A stretch of 64,000 nt of DNA from Chitinophagales bacterium (GCA_028278085.1 JANQFB010000350.1:7376-71375); one strand, 5' to 3'; positions 54,146 through 63,837 are shown, numbered from the stretch's first letter. Translations and numbers: made by a program. Notes: generated by a model not told the origin, from the letters alone.

Positions 54146-57097
54146 TTGGTATTCTCTGCTTTTTCGAACGGCTCGAAGCATTTCGGGAAAATAATTTTAG
54201 CATCCTTTTGCGCATTGCTGACCTGGCCGGTTATGGCGGGAAACGTAAGCAATGATCTCGCCGATTCACTCCTCTCACAGGCGGATTCGCTGGGCAATAT
54301 CCAACAACATGCACCGGCCGGTGATCTTTATGAACAGGCAGCCTTGATATACCAAAGCAACCGGGACCTGGAAGGTTACTGGCGCACGCGCTATCGTCAG
54401 GGCCAGAATCTTATCGTTTGGGGTAAACTGAAGGAAGGTATCTCCCTGCTTTCGGAAACAGCCAAGGGTATTCAGCCAGGGGACAGCATCGCCACAATGG
54501 CTTGGATCCTTCTGAATTGGGGTATTTCCCGGGTCTATTTCATACAGGAAGATTACGAAAATCTCCTCCGGGTCAGCGAAAAGACCCTCGATGTGTTTAA
54601 CCGTTCCGGGCTCGCTGTGTTCCGGGAGATCGGCTATTTGATCGGCAGCATCGGTCTCACGCATTATAATAGCGGAGATTATGAAAGATCCCTGGAATAC
54701 TTCCGGAAAGACCTCAATATTCAGCGCAAGCTACAGCGGCAGAATCTCATTCATACGGCAATTCCTTTACACAATATCGCCAATGTATACTGGGGTCTCG
54801 AACAATACGATTCCTCCGCTTATTATTTTAGCCGGACGCTTGACATTTACCGGCAGATCTATGCGCCGGGGCATTCGGCTATCCAGTCTGTTTACAATGG
54901 TTTGGGAAGCGTATACTGGGATAAGGGGGATAAAACCCGGTCGCTGGAATACTTCGATAGGGCGGCAGCATCCGATAACAAACGCAACGGATCATTGCTG
55001 GATGCCGGCGGAAATCAACAAGAATTGGGCAAGCAGGAACTGCAGGACCGGGAATATGATAAAGCGCTGGCCTATTTCAAGCAGGCGCTGGCATCCAGGA
55101 TGCAGGAAATGGGCTCCGATAATCCGTATACCAATAGCTGCTACAATTATATTGGTAAAACTTTTGCGCTCAACAACGACAATGACCAGGCGCTGCAATT
55201 CTATCAGAAAGCCATCACGGGCCTTCTTCCCGGTTTTGAAGATACCAGCATTACCGCCAATCCCATTTCGCTGGATTCCATGACCTCCGCACGCTTTTTG
55301 CTGGATGCTATGGTTGCTAAAACAACCCTCCTGGCGGAAAAATACGCTTTATCCGGTGTACGGGCGGATTTGGACCTGGCTTTTAAAACTGCGGAAACAA
55401 CCATCAAGCTGATCGACCATATGCGTAACAGCAATTTGGCCGAGGCTTCAAAATTGTTTTGGGTAGCCAAGGTGATGCCTTTTTACGAGGAGGCGATCCA
55501 TATCAATTATCAGCTATGGGCCCTTACCAACGATAAGCAATACATTGATCATGCCTTCCGGATCTCGGAAAAGGCCAAGGCTTTTCTGATGCTACAATCC
55601 CAAAAAGACCTGGAAGCAAAATCCATTGCAGGGATCCCCGATAGCCTGCTGGAAAAGGAACAGCAATTAAAATCGGAAATGGTCAAATACCGGAAATATA
55701 TTTACCGGGAATCGTTGAAATGTTTGAAAGCGGATCATAAACGGCTGGCCCTCTGGCAAGACAGGGTTTTTCGATTGAAAAGCAGCTACCGGCAGTGGAT
55801 CGAACAGGCGGAAAAAAGATACCCGGAATACTACCGGCTGAAATATAGCACGGCTGTTATCGGTATCGATGCCCTGCAAAAAAAACTTACCGATGCTCAT
55901 CCCGGAACCCTGGTGCTGGAGTATTTTATGGGAGCCCGACACCTTTACGTGATCGGCGTTTCTCCCGACCATCAATGGATCAAAGCATTGCCTATACCTG
56001 ATAACCTTTTTCAGCAGTTTAAGCATTTCCGGAGGTCTTATTCCGATCCGGATTTTTTTCTGGCTCAACCCGACAGCAGCTACCGGACATTTACCCGCAA
56101 CGGCCGGCTGCTTTATCGTAAATTGTTGGAGCCGGTGTTGGCTCAGGGGGTACCGGCATGGGAAAAGATCATTATCATACCCGATGGTTGGTTGACTTAT
56201 TTACCCTTTGAGCTATTGCTCGACTCCATGGTTCCTGCTACTCCCAGAAACTACAAAAAGCTGCCCTACCTGGTGAAAAAGCGGGGGATCTCCTATGCTT
56301 ATTCCGCCTCCTTGCTATTCAACCCGGTGGAGAGAAAAGTAAATCCCCCCAAAAGCCGGCAATTAGTCGGATTTGCACCGGCATACCCTACTGCTGCTCC
56401 TTTCGATCCTAGCAGGCAATTATCGCCGCTCAAATATAATGACCATGAGCTCGCGGCCGCCGAAAATACCTACTTCGGAAAAATATTTACGGGTGCAGAA
56501 GCGACAAAGGAACAATTCGACCGTTATGCACCCTATTATTCGATCCTTCACCTGGCCATGCATGCGATCGTCAACAATGAAGAACCGATGTATTCCAAAC
56601 TGGTCTTTGCGGGTGCGGCAGATAGTTTGTCTGCCTTATATACCTATGATCTTTACCAACATAAGCTTGCCGCCGACCTGGTTATCCTCAGCGCCTGCAA
56701 TACCGGGCTCGGGAAGCTACAAAAAGGGGAAGGACTGATCAGCCTGGCCAGGGGATTTACCTATGCCGGCGCCGGATCGGTCATCATGAGCTTATGGCCG
56801 GTGGATGATTATGCCACCCCGGTCATTTTTAAAACGTTTTATCAATTACTGTCAACGGGAGCCAGGAAGCCTTCCGCCCTTCGACGAGCCAAACTGCATT
56901 ACCTGGAACAAGCGGACCCTGCCGCTGCGCATCCGTTTTATTGGGGAGGATTTGCTTTTATCGGAGACACTAGCCCCATACAAAGTGGTCCGGATACCAC
57001 AGATCAGCAAGGGAAACTATTCTTACTGGCACTCATCCTGGGTTTGATGGTTTACAGCGCTAAAATATTTAAGAAACGTTCAGATCTTCCGGAGTAA
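54146..57097 (+). CDS. TPR-repeat CHAT-domain (caspase-like) protease with an N-terminal signal and a C-terminal TM anchor
   Basis: 983 aa. About 8 TPRs are followed by a CHAT domain with the His context ILHLAMHA and the Cys context LVILSACNTGLGK, then SLWPVDD. The C-terminus is LFLLALILGLMVYSAKIF. It has a TTG start. Confidence 0.85.
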   Translation: MVFSAFSNGSKHFGKIILASFCALLTWPVMAGNVSNDLADSLLSQADSLGNIQQHAPAGDLYEQAALIYQSNRDLEGYWRTRYRQGQNLIVWGKLKEGISLLSETAKGIQPGDSIATMAWILLNWGISRVYFIQEDYENLLRVSEKTLDVFNRSGLAVFREIGYLIGSIGLTHYNSGDYERSLEYFRKDLNIQRKLQRQNLIHTAIPLHNIANVYWGLEQYDSSAYYFSRTLDIYRQIYAPGHSAIQSVYNGLGSVYWDKGDKTRSLEYFDRAAASDNKRNGSLLDAGGNQQELGKQELQDREYDKALAYFKQALASRMQEMGSDNPYTNSCYNYIGKTFALNNDNDQALQFYQKAITGLLPGFEDTSITANPISLDSMTSARFLLDAMVAKTTLLAEKYALSGVRADLDLAFKTAETTIKLIDHMRNSNLAEASKLFWVAKVMPFYEEAIHINYQLWALTNDKQYIDHAFRISEKAKAFLMLQSQKDLEAKSIAGIPDSLLEKEQQLKSEMVKYRKYIYRESLKCLKADHKRLALWQDRVFRLKSSYRQWIEQAEKRYPEYYRLKYSTAVIGIDALQKKLTDAHPGTLVLEYFMGARHLYVIGVSPDHQWIKALPIPDNLFQQFKHFRRSYSDPDFFLAQPDSSYRTFTRNGRLLYRKLLEPVLAQGVPAWEKIIIIPDGWLTYLPFELLLDSMVPATPRNYKKLPYLVKKRGISYAYSASLLFNPVERKVNPPKSRQLVGFAPAYPTAAPFDPSRQLSPLKYNDHELAAAENTYFGKIFTGAEATKEQFDRYAPYYSILHLAMHAIVNNEEPMYSKLVFAGAADSLSALYTYDLYQHKLAADLVILSACNTGLGKLQKGEGLISLARGFTYAGAGSVIMSLWPVDDYATPVIFKTFYQLLSTGARKPSALRRAKLHYLEQADPAAAHPFYWGGFAFIGDTSPIQSGPDTTDQQGKLFLLALILGLMVYSAKIFKKRSDLPE

Positions 57098-57820
57098 TTG
57101 CAGTGCCTCCTTGTAACGGTATGCTTCCGGATCTTCGGTGATGGCTTCCAGGCTCGTTCGCAGCGCTTCCGGTTTTCCCTGTTTCAAATAACAAAGGGCT
57201 ACATACCATCGGGCTTGTTCCCGGTAATCATTGTCGGTTTGGAGCACTTTTTGAAAGGCTACTACGGCGGCTGAGGATGAATCCATGGATAATAAACATT
57301 GACCGGCGTAAAAGCTGCCTAAATAGGACATTCCCTTCCCGGCATTGGAGATCTCCCTGAATTTTGGCAGGGCGGCAGGATAATCGCCTTCGTCATAAGC
57401 TTGGATCGCTTCCTGCCAGATCCGGTTAAAGGCCGGGTTATCCTGCCGGAGATTCATCGGACTCCGGTAGACCTCATGGTAAGTCGCAAAGAAAGTTTGA
57501 TGATCTGCCTTATCCGTAGGCCAAAAACCGATATAAGCCAGGCAAACCAGGATGATACTGGCGGCCAGAGGCAGCAAATACCGCCATGGATTAGTCCCTT
57601 TCTTTTCGTGTTCGATTTCCTCGTGGATCGATCGCAGTTCCTGCCTGAGATCGTGAGCTCCGGCAATGTCGATGATCTGCAACGAGTCTTTTACCCGGTC
57701 TACCGCTTCGGAAAGTTCCGGATCGGCAGCCATTTGTTCTTCAAATGACGCTCTTTCCTTAGCTGGCAATTCACCGGCCAGGTACCTTTCGATTTGTTCG
57801 ATAGAGTAGTTCATCGTCAT
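57080..57820 (-). CDS. Putative anti-sigma factor with an extracytoplasmic TPR domain
   Basis: 246 aa, starting 5 nt downstream of the ECF sigma gene. The N-terminus is IEQIERYLAGELPAKERASFEEQMAADPELSEAV, followed by a TM (LLPLAASIILVCLAYIGFW) and C-terminal TPR-like repeats. Confidence 0.55.
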   Translation of the reverse strand: MTMNYSIEQIERYLAGELPAKERASFEEQMAADPELSEAVDRVKDSLQIIDIAGAHDLRQELRSIHEEIEHEKKGTNPWRYLLPLAASIILVCLAYIGFWPTDKADHQTFFATYHEVYRSPMNLRQDNPAFNRIWQEAIQAYDEGDYPAALPKFREISNAGKGMSYLGSFYAGQCLLSMDSSSAAVVAFQKVLQTDNDYREQARWYVALCYLKQGKPEALRTSLEAITEDPEAYRYKEALQLLRKI

Positions 57821-57825
57821 TGGAT

Positions 57826-58437
57826 TTATCCGGTTAACAAATCGCGAACAGCTTTATTTTCCTGTACCAATTCTTTCAACCGCGACAGACATTTGAATTT
57901 CTTGTTCCGGGCGATCTGGGCGCTTTGATAGCCCATGGCCTGTGCGATCTCATCCATCGAATATTGCCGGTAATAGGCCAGCAAGAGCACTTCTTTGCAG
58001 GTTGACCCGACCCGGTCGAATAATTCGAGCACCTGGTGCTGCTGCTCCATAAGCATCATTGAGATATAAGGGTCCTCTTCATGTATGCGTTCCAAACTGG
58101 CTAATCTTTCCCTTTGACTACCGGCTTGCTTCAGCTTTTTTAACCACAGATGCCGACAGATGGCATATAAATAGGTTTTAATGCTGCTCTCGGCATTGAA
58201 CTTTCGGGATTTGATATTCTTATATAAAATGATGATCCCGTCCTGGAACACATCTGCTGCATCGTCAGCATTCCCGCTATTGTTTACCACATACCGATCG
58301 ACCATCTGTTGATATTTCAGATACAGTTGTTTGAGATAAAACCGTTCCCGTTCTCCGCCGGCCAATAAGCCATCGATGAGTTGCTGGTCCGAATACGTTG
58401 ATCCCCGATCCGACATATGGTTTTGGCTTTCCGCCAA
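57826..58437 (-). CDS. ECF (sigma-70 family) RNA polymerase sigma factor
   Basis: Region 2 is DAADVFQDGIIILYKN...YLYAICRHLWLKKLK. Region 4 is CKEVLLLAYYRQYSMDEIAQAMGYQSAQIARNKKFKCLSRL. It has a TTG start at 58437, with an alternative ATG at 58416. Confidence 0.85.
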   Translation of the reverse strand: MAESQNHMSDRGSTYSDQQLIDGLLAGGERERFYLKQLYLKYQQMVDRYVVNNSGNADDAADVFQDGIIILYKNIKSRKFNAESSIKTYLYAICRHLWLKKLKQAGSQRERLASLERIHEEDPYISMMLMEQQHQVLELFDRVGSTCKEVLLLAYYRQYSMDEIAQAMGYQSAQIARNKKFKCLSRLKELVQENKAVRDLLTG

Positions 58438-58584
58438 AATACAATAAAAACATCATTATATGGCCCGCGGTTCATCCGGCAATTTTATCCATTAGTTACA
58501 TCTTCCTTGGAATTCGTAACCGGTCTTACCGAAAAAATGAAGGATTTAATCGGGCGAGGTTGAAAGATGAGCACCCCGGTATAT

Positions 58585-59070
58585 TCAGGAACCAAAAACT
58601 TCCTCGAATTGCTGTTGTACGACAGGCATATCCACCATTTTTGGATTCAGGCAAATTTGCTGCGTTTCATTCCTGATCAGGATGATTGATCGGGTTGGAT
58701 AAGCCGGGCAACTGTGGATCAGACTTTTATATAAATCATGGTCGACAACCCAAGAGGAATTTTCCCGGGGCATTAACATCTCACTGAATTTTTGCCGGGC
58801 GACTTTTCGGCGTGATCGGGCGAAAACCACGTGTATCTCTATGTCCTTGTCCGCATAGTTTTGCTGGAAATATTTAAGTACATGGTTTATTCCTCCAATG
58901 CAATTAACGCAATCTTTGGGTTCGACAACAATTAACAGCGCATTGTTTTGAGAAGGAGCTGATACAATCGTATTATCGGTTGCCTTATCATTAGTGCCTT
59001 CAACATCCCAATTAACAGGGTTACAGGCAATAGCCAAACAACTGATCAATAGGATTAAAGCTTTATGCAT
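58585..59070 (-). CDS. Lipoprotein with a CxxC motif in a thioredoxin-like context
   Basis: ATG at 59070 gives MHKALILLISCLAIACN (lipobox). LLIVVEPKDCVNCIGG resembles a beta-strand followed by CxxC at a helix start. The start overlaps the upstream gene by 8 nt. Confidence 0.4.
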   Translation of the reverse strand: MHKALILLISCLAIACNPVNWDVEGTNDKATDNTIVSAPSQNNALLIVVEPKDCVNCIGGINHVLKYFQQNYADKDIEIHVVFARSRRKVARQKFSEMLMPRENSSWVVDHDLYKSLIHSCPAYPTRSIILIRNETQQICLNPKMVDMPVVQQQFEEVFGS

Positions 59071-60184
59071 TATCCTCAATCGCATGGCTGATGAGATAAA
59101 TATCCTCTCCGGATTCTTTAAGATATACCAAATGGGTTGGCGTAATATAAAAATTGCTGATCTTTTCGCTGGCCTCGATCTCGATCAGTGGGATCTCCTT
59201 CAATAATGCTGCAGTAGAAGTGGTGTACCAACGAATGCCGTAAGTTTTCTCGTTTATGTTTTGTATGACGCAAAACCAATTATTTCCTCTTTTGCTAAAG
59301 GATGTAATTTGATAATTCGGTTCAATGGTCAATGCCATGGATTCAGTGGGATGTGCATAAATGGAATTTTGGTAACTGATCCATAAGCTATCCCTGTTAT
59401 TATAAAAGCTACCATATATTATTTCAGCAGGATTTTCATAGGGCTGGTTCGGTAAGTTAACGGGTATATATCGGTTTGTTTTTTCGAGGATTTTGCCATC
59501 ACTACCAGGTGTTAAGCCAAAGAATCCTTTATTGTCAGCTTCATGATCTACACGGGATAATATAAAATGGCTGGTTGTGATCAACTCACCTTTCCAATAT
59601 TGCATACCCCCCATAGTATTGACAAATTGAGGCTTCTGTATGATGGGATCGTTGATAAATTTGATGTCCATAACCTTAAAGGCATGGTCTAGTTTTATTA
59701 AGAATGGTGAAGTATTCCATATACTTGCTGTTTTTCCTTCATAATCACCTAAATGTGGACTACTAAGCCTGTAATACAGGTAAAAACCTGGTGCATCATA
59801 GGCTAAATTTTGCAATTGAAATAATGGGATAGGAGGATCATCTTTAAAATCTTCAAAATCCATGTACGTTCTACTAGGATCGATCGGCTTGATATATCGG
59901 TCGATCAGATATTGCTTGTTCAATTGGTTTTCATCAAATAAGTTTTCGAGTTTCCCAGTTGATGGGTTGAGTGATAGGATATGTTTTTGATCGGCTAAAA
60001 GGATATATTGTGATCCTTGCCAATCATGGATAATTTTTGGTAAGCGATTGAAAATGAATTTTTCCTCTATAATTTTTATTCTTTTACCCGGCGACAAACT
60101 TAAATTATCATCGGGTAACCGGCATACATGCAGTAAAACCGCCAATAACAGAAAATAGGGAACTTGCCTTAATCTATGGAACAT
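59063..60184 (-). CDS. Hypothetical exported protein (possibly beta-propeller)
   Basis: 373 aa with a hydrophobic N-terminus (VPYFLLLAVLLHVC) and no recognised catalytic motif. Confidence 0.5.
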   Translation of the reverse strand: MFHRLRQVPYFLLLAVLLHVCRLPDDNLSLSPGKRIKIIEEKFIFNRLPKIIHDWQGSQYILLADQKHILSLNPSTGKLENLFDENQLNKQYLIDRYIKPIDPSRTYMDFEDFKDDPPIPLFQLQNLAYDAPGFYLYYRLSSPHLGDYEGKTASIWNTSPFLIKLDHAFKVMDIKFINDPIIQKPQFVNTMGGMQYWKGELITTSHFILSRVDHEADNKGFFGLTPGSDGKILEKTNRYIPVNLPNQPYENPAEIIYGSFYNNRDSLWISYQNSIYAHPTESMALTIEPNYQITSFSKRGNNWFCVIQNINEKTYGIRWYTTSTAALLKEIPLIEIEASEKISNFYITPTHLVYLKESGEDIYLISHAIEDNA

Positions 60185-60235
60185 TTCGATGATACTTCAC
60201 CTCCAAATTCAGGAACTTATATCATGCAAAATGAG

Positions 60236-60691
60236 CTAATTCCTTATTTCAAAGGTTGCTTTCGTGCCATTAAAATTCCCCTGACAAGTTTGAATAATCC
60301 CTTCATCAATATCAATGTTTTTAGCACTGACTATTTCGGGAAAAGCTGGTTTTACCTTAATGATTAGCGCTTCCTCGATCGGAGTAGACTTTATTGACGC
60401 CTCACCGGTAACTATAATTAGACAATGTGTTGGATCATCTATACAAAAGCTGCCGTCATTGCATTCCTGATAAATTCCACGGATTACTTTAACATCAATA
60501 ATTTCTTTATGACTTGAGGCATAGATACTTGCCCATAGCGCTTCATCCGCCAACCTGATAATCTCTTCCGTATCATTGGCGTCATAATTATACTGAACTG
60601 GTTCTCTGAGTTCTTTAGGTTGAATAGGTTCGACTTTACTGCATCCTGCTAATACTGCAATGAGAAATAATAAACTAACAATCTGTTTCAT
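60236..60691 (-). CDS. Small lipoprotein
   Basis: 151 aa. The lipobox is LFLIAVLAGCSK. Confidence 0.5.
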   Translation of the reverse strand: MKQIVSLLFLIAVLAGCSKVEPIQPKELREPVQYNYDANDTEEIIRLADEALWASIYASSHKEIIDVKVIRGIYQECNDGSFCIDDPTHCLIIVTGEASIKSTPIEEALIIKVKPAFPEIVSAKNIDIDEGIIQTCQGNFNGTKATFEIRN

Positions 60692-60751
60692 AAGGAAGAT
60701 TTAAAGCATTCGAAAATAATTTGCATGAGTAAAGCTATGTAATATTCTCTA

Positions 60752-60775
60752 ATTATGTAAATATTTATACATAAT
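60752..60775. promoter_or_regulatory. 8-bp-arm palindrome in a divergent promoter region
   Basis: ATTATGTA-AATATTTA-TACATAAT lies between the divergent genes starting at 60691 (-) and 60949 (+). Confidence 0.3.
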
Positions 60776-60948
60776 ATTTTATTTATCTAAAATTCAGTTG
60801 CCTTCCGAATTGACTTCTTCTCCTGTTTTCTCAAAACTTGATTACCAACCAATGATTTATCCTTAATCATTAAAATTTTTTTCTTCAGGTGGTTACGTTT
60901 TGTTTCCCTCCCGGGACAAAGGCGAAAGATTAACCAAAATTTTCCACG

Positions 60949-63798
60949 ATGAAGAATATTATCCTTGCACTCTTTTTATTATTGAGTACTTCACCTATCA
61001 CCGAAGCACAAACCTGGGTCAGGGTGGATACCCTGCCATGTGCCTGTAATACCGCAAAGACATCTATCCTGTATGATAACGAGTTGTATGTGGGCACAAC
61101 GCCCTATATCACCATTTGGGACAGCATTTCCTGGGACACCCTGAAAGTGGGTAATATTATCCTCAATGCTATGGCCGATTTCAACGGGGAATTATATGTC
61201 GCCGGTGATTTTGATAGTATCGGTGGTATTGCTGCAGACAATATCGCCAAATGGGATGGCCAGAACTGGTCGCCAGTCGGTGGAGGTGTTAGCGCTGAAG
61301 TGTTAACCCTCGAAGTTTACGGGTCCCGCTTATATGCCGGCGGCCATTTTACGGATGCCTATAATTTGCCGCTGGCCCTGGATACCACCTTCGAATCCAA
61401 AATTGCCGCATGGGACGGTGTGAATTGGCATGGCCTGGTGTATGAAACCAACTCCGCCTCTCCTTTTTATAACTGGTCCGGTTTATTCCCCACCTCCGGC
61501 TATGTTTCTTCCCTCCATAGCTTTGAAAATGAGCTTTATATCGGGGGTATTTTCGGATCATCGATCGGTGGCGGAGGCCTCAACAATATGGCTACCTATA
61601 ATACGGTTGAATTCAGCGCTGTAGGTTTGGGTGCGAATGGAAATGTGAATGCCGCCACAGACTATTTGGGAGAGATCTACTTCGGCGGAAATTTTACCAC
61701 CATGAACGGATCGGGTGCCAATTACATCGGCGCTTATGATGATTTCGGCGGCTTCTATGCCCTGGGAAGCGGAATGGATATGCCCGTACATACCCTGGCC
61801 ATCCATGATAATGATCTGTATGCCGGCGGTGATTTTTTTAACGCCGGGGGAACCCTGGTGAATCATGTGGCTCGTTGGGATGGGTTTGCCTGGAAAAAGA
61901 TCGGGGCCGGTATGAACGGAAATGTCCAGTCGCTGATCACCTACAACAATGATCTGTATGCCATCGGCGGATTTAATACGGCAGATGGAAATATGGTGGA
62001 AGGCATTGCCAAATTGATCGATTGTGATCCGGTGGCCACTTTCACATTTTCGGATTCCTTATGTGTAAATACAAATGTTGTTTTTAACAACACCAGTTCG
62101 GACACCACCTCCTACGATTTCACCTGGATGGACGGTTCGTTTACCTTTTCTCATGGAAAAGATACCGCCAACAGGATCTTTGACGCCGTTGGCGTATATG
62201 ACATTCACCTGATCGCTGCTAACGGGATCTGCACCGATACCATGACCAGATCCTATACGGTAAATCCGGAAATTATTGTTAATGCCGGCAAAGATACCTC
62301 CCTTTGCCTGGGGGATACGGTTAAGATCGGTAATGTTCCGCTATTCACCGGCGGATCCCCGGTCGGGCAAACGGTTTTCTATTGGAACCACGGGCAGACG
62401 CTTCATGATTCCCTGTCCCTGGAACCCTTTGCCTTCCCTGCCACTACCACCAACTACAGGGCTACGGTCATGGACATGAACGGATGTACGGGTATCGATT
62501 ATGTGCAGGTGGAAGTATTTGACAAACCCCAGGTTTCCGCCGGCTTACCGGATACGATCTGTTACGGCGATTCCGTAGAGATCGGTGGATTCCCGACGGT
62601 TATCGGGGGTACGCCACCCTATGATATCCATTGGTCACCAGCCAGCCATGTTACCGATCCCAATGCCCAGTACCCTAAAGCTTTTCCCCCCACAACCACG
62701 GTATTCGAAGTTTTCGTGCAGGATAACTCCACCTGCACCGGTATGGATAGTGTGGAAGTATTCGTATGGCCGGAATTAATGGCCGATCCGGGGAATGATA
62801 CCATGATCTGTAAAGGGGATACCATTAGTATCGGCGGTAATCCTTCAGCCGTTGGTGGCGCCGGTTCCGGTTATGATTATTATTGGAATCCGATTGTCCA
62901 TATGGATAATCCCCATGTGGCAAATCCAAAGGTAAATCCTCAGGTCAGTACATTTTATTCACTTACAGTTGTTGATGGATTCGGTTGTGACCATGAAGCC
63001 GAGATACATGTCCAGATCGATCCTGTAGTCGCGGATGCCGGTGGTGGATTTGATAAACAGATCGAAGCGTGTTTTGGGGCGATAACTCATCTCGGTGGAG
63101 CTCCGACAGCTTCGGAAGGGATCATGCCCTTTGCCTATAATTGGACCCCGGTGCAGCCGCTTGACTTCCCCAATGTTTCCAATCCGGAAGTGACAACCGA
63201 TAAGAGCCGTATGTTTTGGCTGACCGTTACCGATAGCCTCGGGTGCAAGGCTAAGGATAGTGTCATGCTTACCGTGGATTCTTTACCGGAAGCCTATTTT
63301 AGTTATGAACAGGTTGATGCGGAGGTTATGTTCGAGGATAGCTCCGAACGAACAGACCACTGGCTGTGGTTATTTGGCGACGGGGATTCTTCGAACCTCC
63401 AGCATCCGGTACATGAATATCTTACCGCCGGAACCTATGAGGTGATTTTATTCGCCAGTAACAGTTGTGGTACCGATATCCGGAAAGATACGGTCGAAAT
63501 CTTGACGAATCACCAGTCATCGATAACACTCGATCCTGGCCTACAAGTATATCCGAATCCTTATGCCGGATCGGTTAATATTTCTTTTTCCCTGAACCAC
63601 CAGCGGCAGGTAAGCCTGCAAATGTTGGATATGACCGGAAAACAAGTAAAAATTCTTGCCGATGGCGTAGCGGTCGCCGGTACACAAAATTATACCTTTA
63701 GCGCTGCGGCCATGGGGCTTCCGGCCGGCATATACTTGCTCCACCTGACCATCAACGGCCATGTTTTTACCCGAAAGCTGGTAGAGGTCAATCGTTAA
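60949..63798 (+). CDS. Large secreted protein: Kelch-like propeller, PKD domains, five Ig-like Cys modules, T9SS sorting domain
   Basis: 949 aa. The propeller repeats match those of 34990..36975 (GG.F...GG..AN.IA.WDG..W). About 5 copies of G.D..IC.GD...IGG.P...GG..PY...W.P...v.dpn...P...P..TT.Y.V.V.D..GC...D.V.V.V follow. The PKD signature is LFGDGDSSNLQHPVHEYLTAGTYEV. The C-terminus is VYPNPYAGSVNISF...GIYLLHLTINGHVFTRKLVEVNR. Confidence 0.85.
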   Translation: MKNIILALFLLLSTSPITEAQTWVRVDTLPCACNTAKTSILYDNELYVGTTPYITIWDSISWDTLKVGNIILNAMADFNGELYVAGDFDSIGGIAADNIAKWDGQNWSPVGGGVSAEVLTLEVYGSRLYAGGHFTDAYNLPLALDTTFESKIAAWDGVNWHGLVYETNSASPFYNWSGLFPTSGYVSSLHSFENELYIGGIFGSSIGGGGLNNMATYNTVEFSAVGLGANGNVNAATDYLGEIYFGGNFTTMNGSGANYIGAYDDFGGFYALGSGMDMPVHTLAIHDNDLYAGGDFFNAGGTLVNHVARWDGFAWKKIGAGMNGNVQSLITYNNDLYAIGGFNTADGNMVEGIAKLIDCDPVATFTFSDSLCVNTNVVFNNTSSDTTSYDFTWMDGSFTFSHGKDTANRIFDAVGVYDIHLIAANGICTDTMTRSYTVNPEIIVNAGKDTSLCLGDTVKIGNVPLFTGGSPVGQTVFYWNHGQTLHDSLSLEPFAFPATTTNYRATVMDMNGCTGIDYVQVEVFDKPQVSAGLPDTICYGDSVEIGGFPTVIGGTPPYDIHWSPASHVTDPNAQYPKAFPPTTTVFEVFVQDNSTCTGMDSVEVFVWPELMADPGNDTMICKGDTISIGGNPSAVGGAGSGYDYYWNPIVHMDNPHVANPKVNPQVSTFYSLTVVDGFGCDHEAEIHVQIDPVVADAGGGFDKQIEACFGAITHLGGAPTASEGIMPFAYNWTPVQPLDFPNVSNPEVTTDKSRMFWLTVTDSLGCKAKDSVMLTVDSLPEAYFSYEQVDAEVMFEDSSERTDHWLWLFGDGDSSNLQHPVHEYLTAGTYEVILFASNSCGTDIRKDTVEILTNHQSSITLDPGLQVYPNPYAGSVNISFSLNHQRQVSLQMLDMTGKQVKILADGVAVAGTQNYTFSAAAMGLPAGIYLLHLTINGHVFTRKLVEVNR

Positions 63799-63837
63799 TG
63801 GATTATTAGTTCACCCTTATTCCTTAAACACCATCCA

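Noticed and set aside
2851-55470. Numerous 60-260-aa antisense or out-of-frame ORFs nested in long genes (e.g. 3238..3786, 19218..19781, 21462..21899, 30572..31348, 31518..32084, 52595..53041, 54681..55283)
   Set aside because: Each lies wholly inside a longer ORF that has clear family motifs. Their translations are low-complexity or Arg/Gly/Pro-rich, as is typical of antisense frames. Their starts have no independent support.
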